From: Callorhinchus milii
Taxonomy: Eukaryota
DNA length: 64,000 bases
Assembly: GCF_018977255.1 (NCBI RefSeq)
Contig: NW_024704742.1
Location: 78,680,001-78,744,000 of the forward strand
Reading direction: 5' to 3'
The notes under the pieces were generated by a model. That model was given only the letters and a program-made list of their open reading frames with translations. It had not been told where the DNA came from and ran no database searches. Position numbers and translations under genes: made by a program. Shown piece after piece: positions 63,414 to 64,000 of the stretch; within the stretch, counting starts at the first letter, position 1; every line of letters starts with the position of its first letter.

Positions 63414-64000
63414 AAGAAGCCGAAATAAAACAAAAAATATAGAACGTTCATATAAATAAATAAAATGAAACCATGTCAAGTGTAATAATGAGCAGTGTTC
63501 ATAAGAGCTATATATGTCATGAAGTAATAATATTACACTCACCATCATCCTTTATTGTATGATTGAAACATTGCTAAATACACATTCAAATAATAAGTAT
63601 TGGAGACATAAGCTTGGGGCTGACATGCTAAGAGAAAAATGTAATGACAACCTCTTACCATTGCTGTCATAAACATAGTTTTTCACTTTTTATTGTCTTT
63701 GTGAATGTACATCTGCACGGTATATGCAGTTAGACATGGAAAGCAATAGCAATTTAAGAGGACATCTAGCCTGTTTAAAACATTTTACATTTTAGTCGAT
63801 TAGCCACAAATAAATTGTTCATATATGAACCATCACAATAAATGACTGTTTTATGAGTCAAATATCCTTGACATGTTGTACAGCAAAACTATAGAGCACA
63901 CAGCATAAACACCAATGTCAGGTTAGCAATAATGTACTGCGGGAAAGAGCAATAATGGCATTCCCATGGCACTGAACATATCTTGATATATGCAAGGATG

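Overview
Repeat-dominated, AT-rich vertebrate DNA, intronic or intergenic. The repeat families suggest a cartilaginous fish, probably a holocephalan/chimaera (inference from family recognition, no search run). I see no intact host protein-coding gene: the longer ORFs in the track are broken LINE frames or chance ORFs. Contents: (i) many copies of a tRNA-Ala-headed SINE with CORE-like and Deu-like segments, an L2-type 3' end and a (TTA)n tail, in long and short subfamilies, three copies near-identical; (ii) older DeuSINE/SacSINE-like elements; (iii) decayed CR1 and L2 LINEs with nested insertions and inversions. Less ordinary structures: a TGT...ACA TIR element with a 4-bp TSD (Ginger-like MITE, 28071-28837); a Penelope-type palindromic insertion with a degenerate hammerhead core and 15-bp TSD (15639-15836); a ~480-bp inverted duplication bracketing 6 kb (39008-46080); a dispersed retroposon family I cannot name; a ~35-bp degenerate tandem array (10430-11630); and a few low-confidence candidate exons. 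Boundaries of old repeats are approximate.
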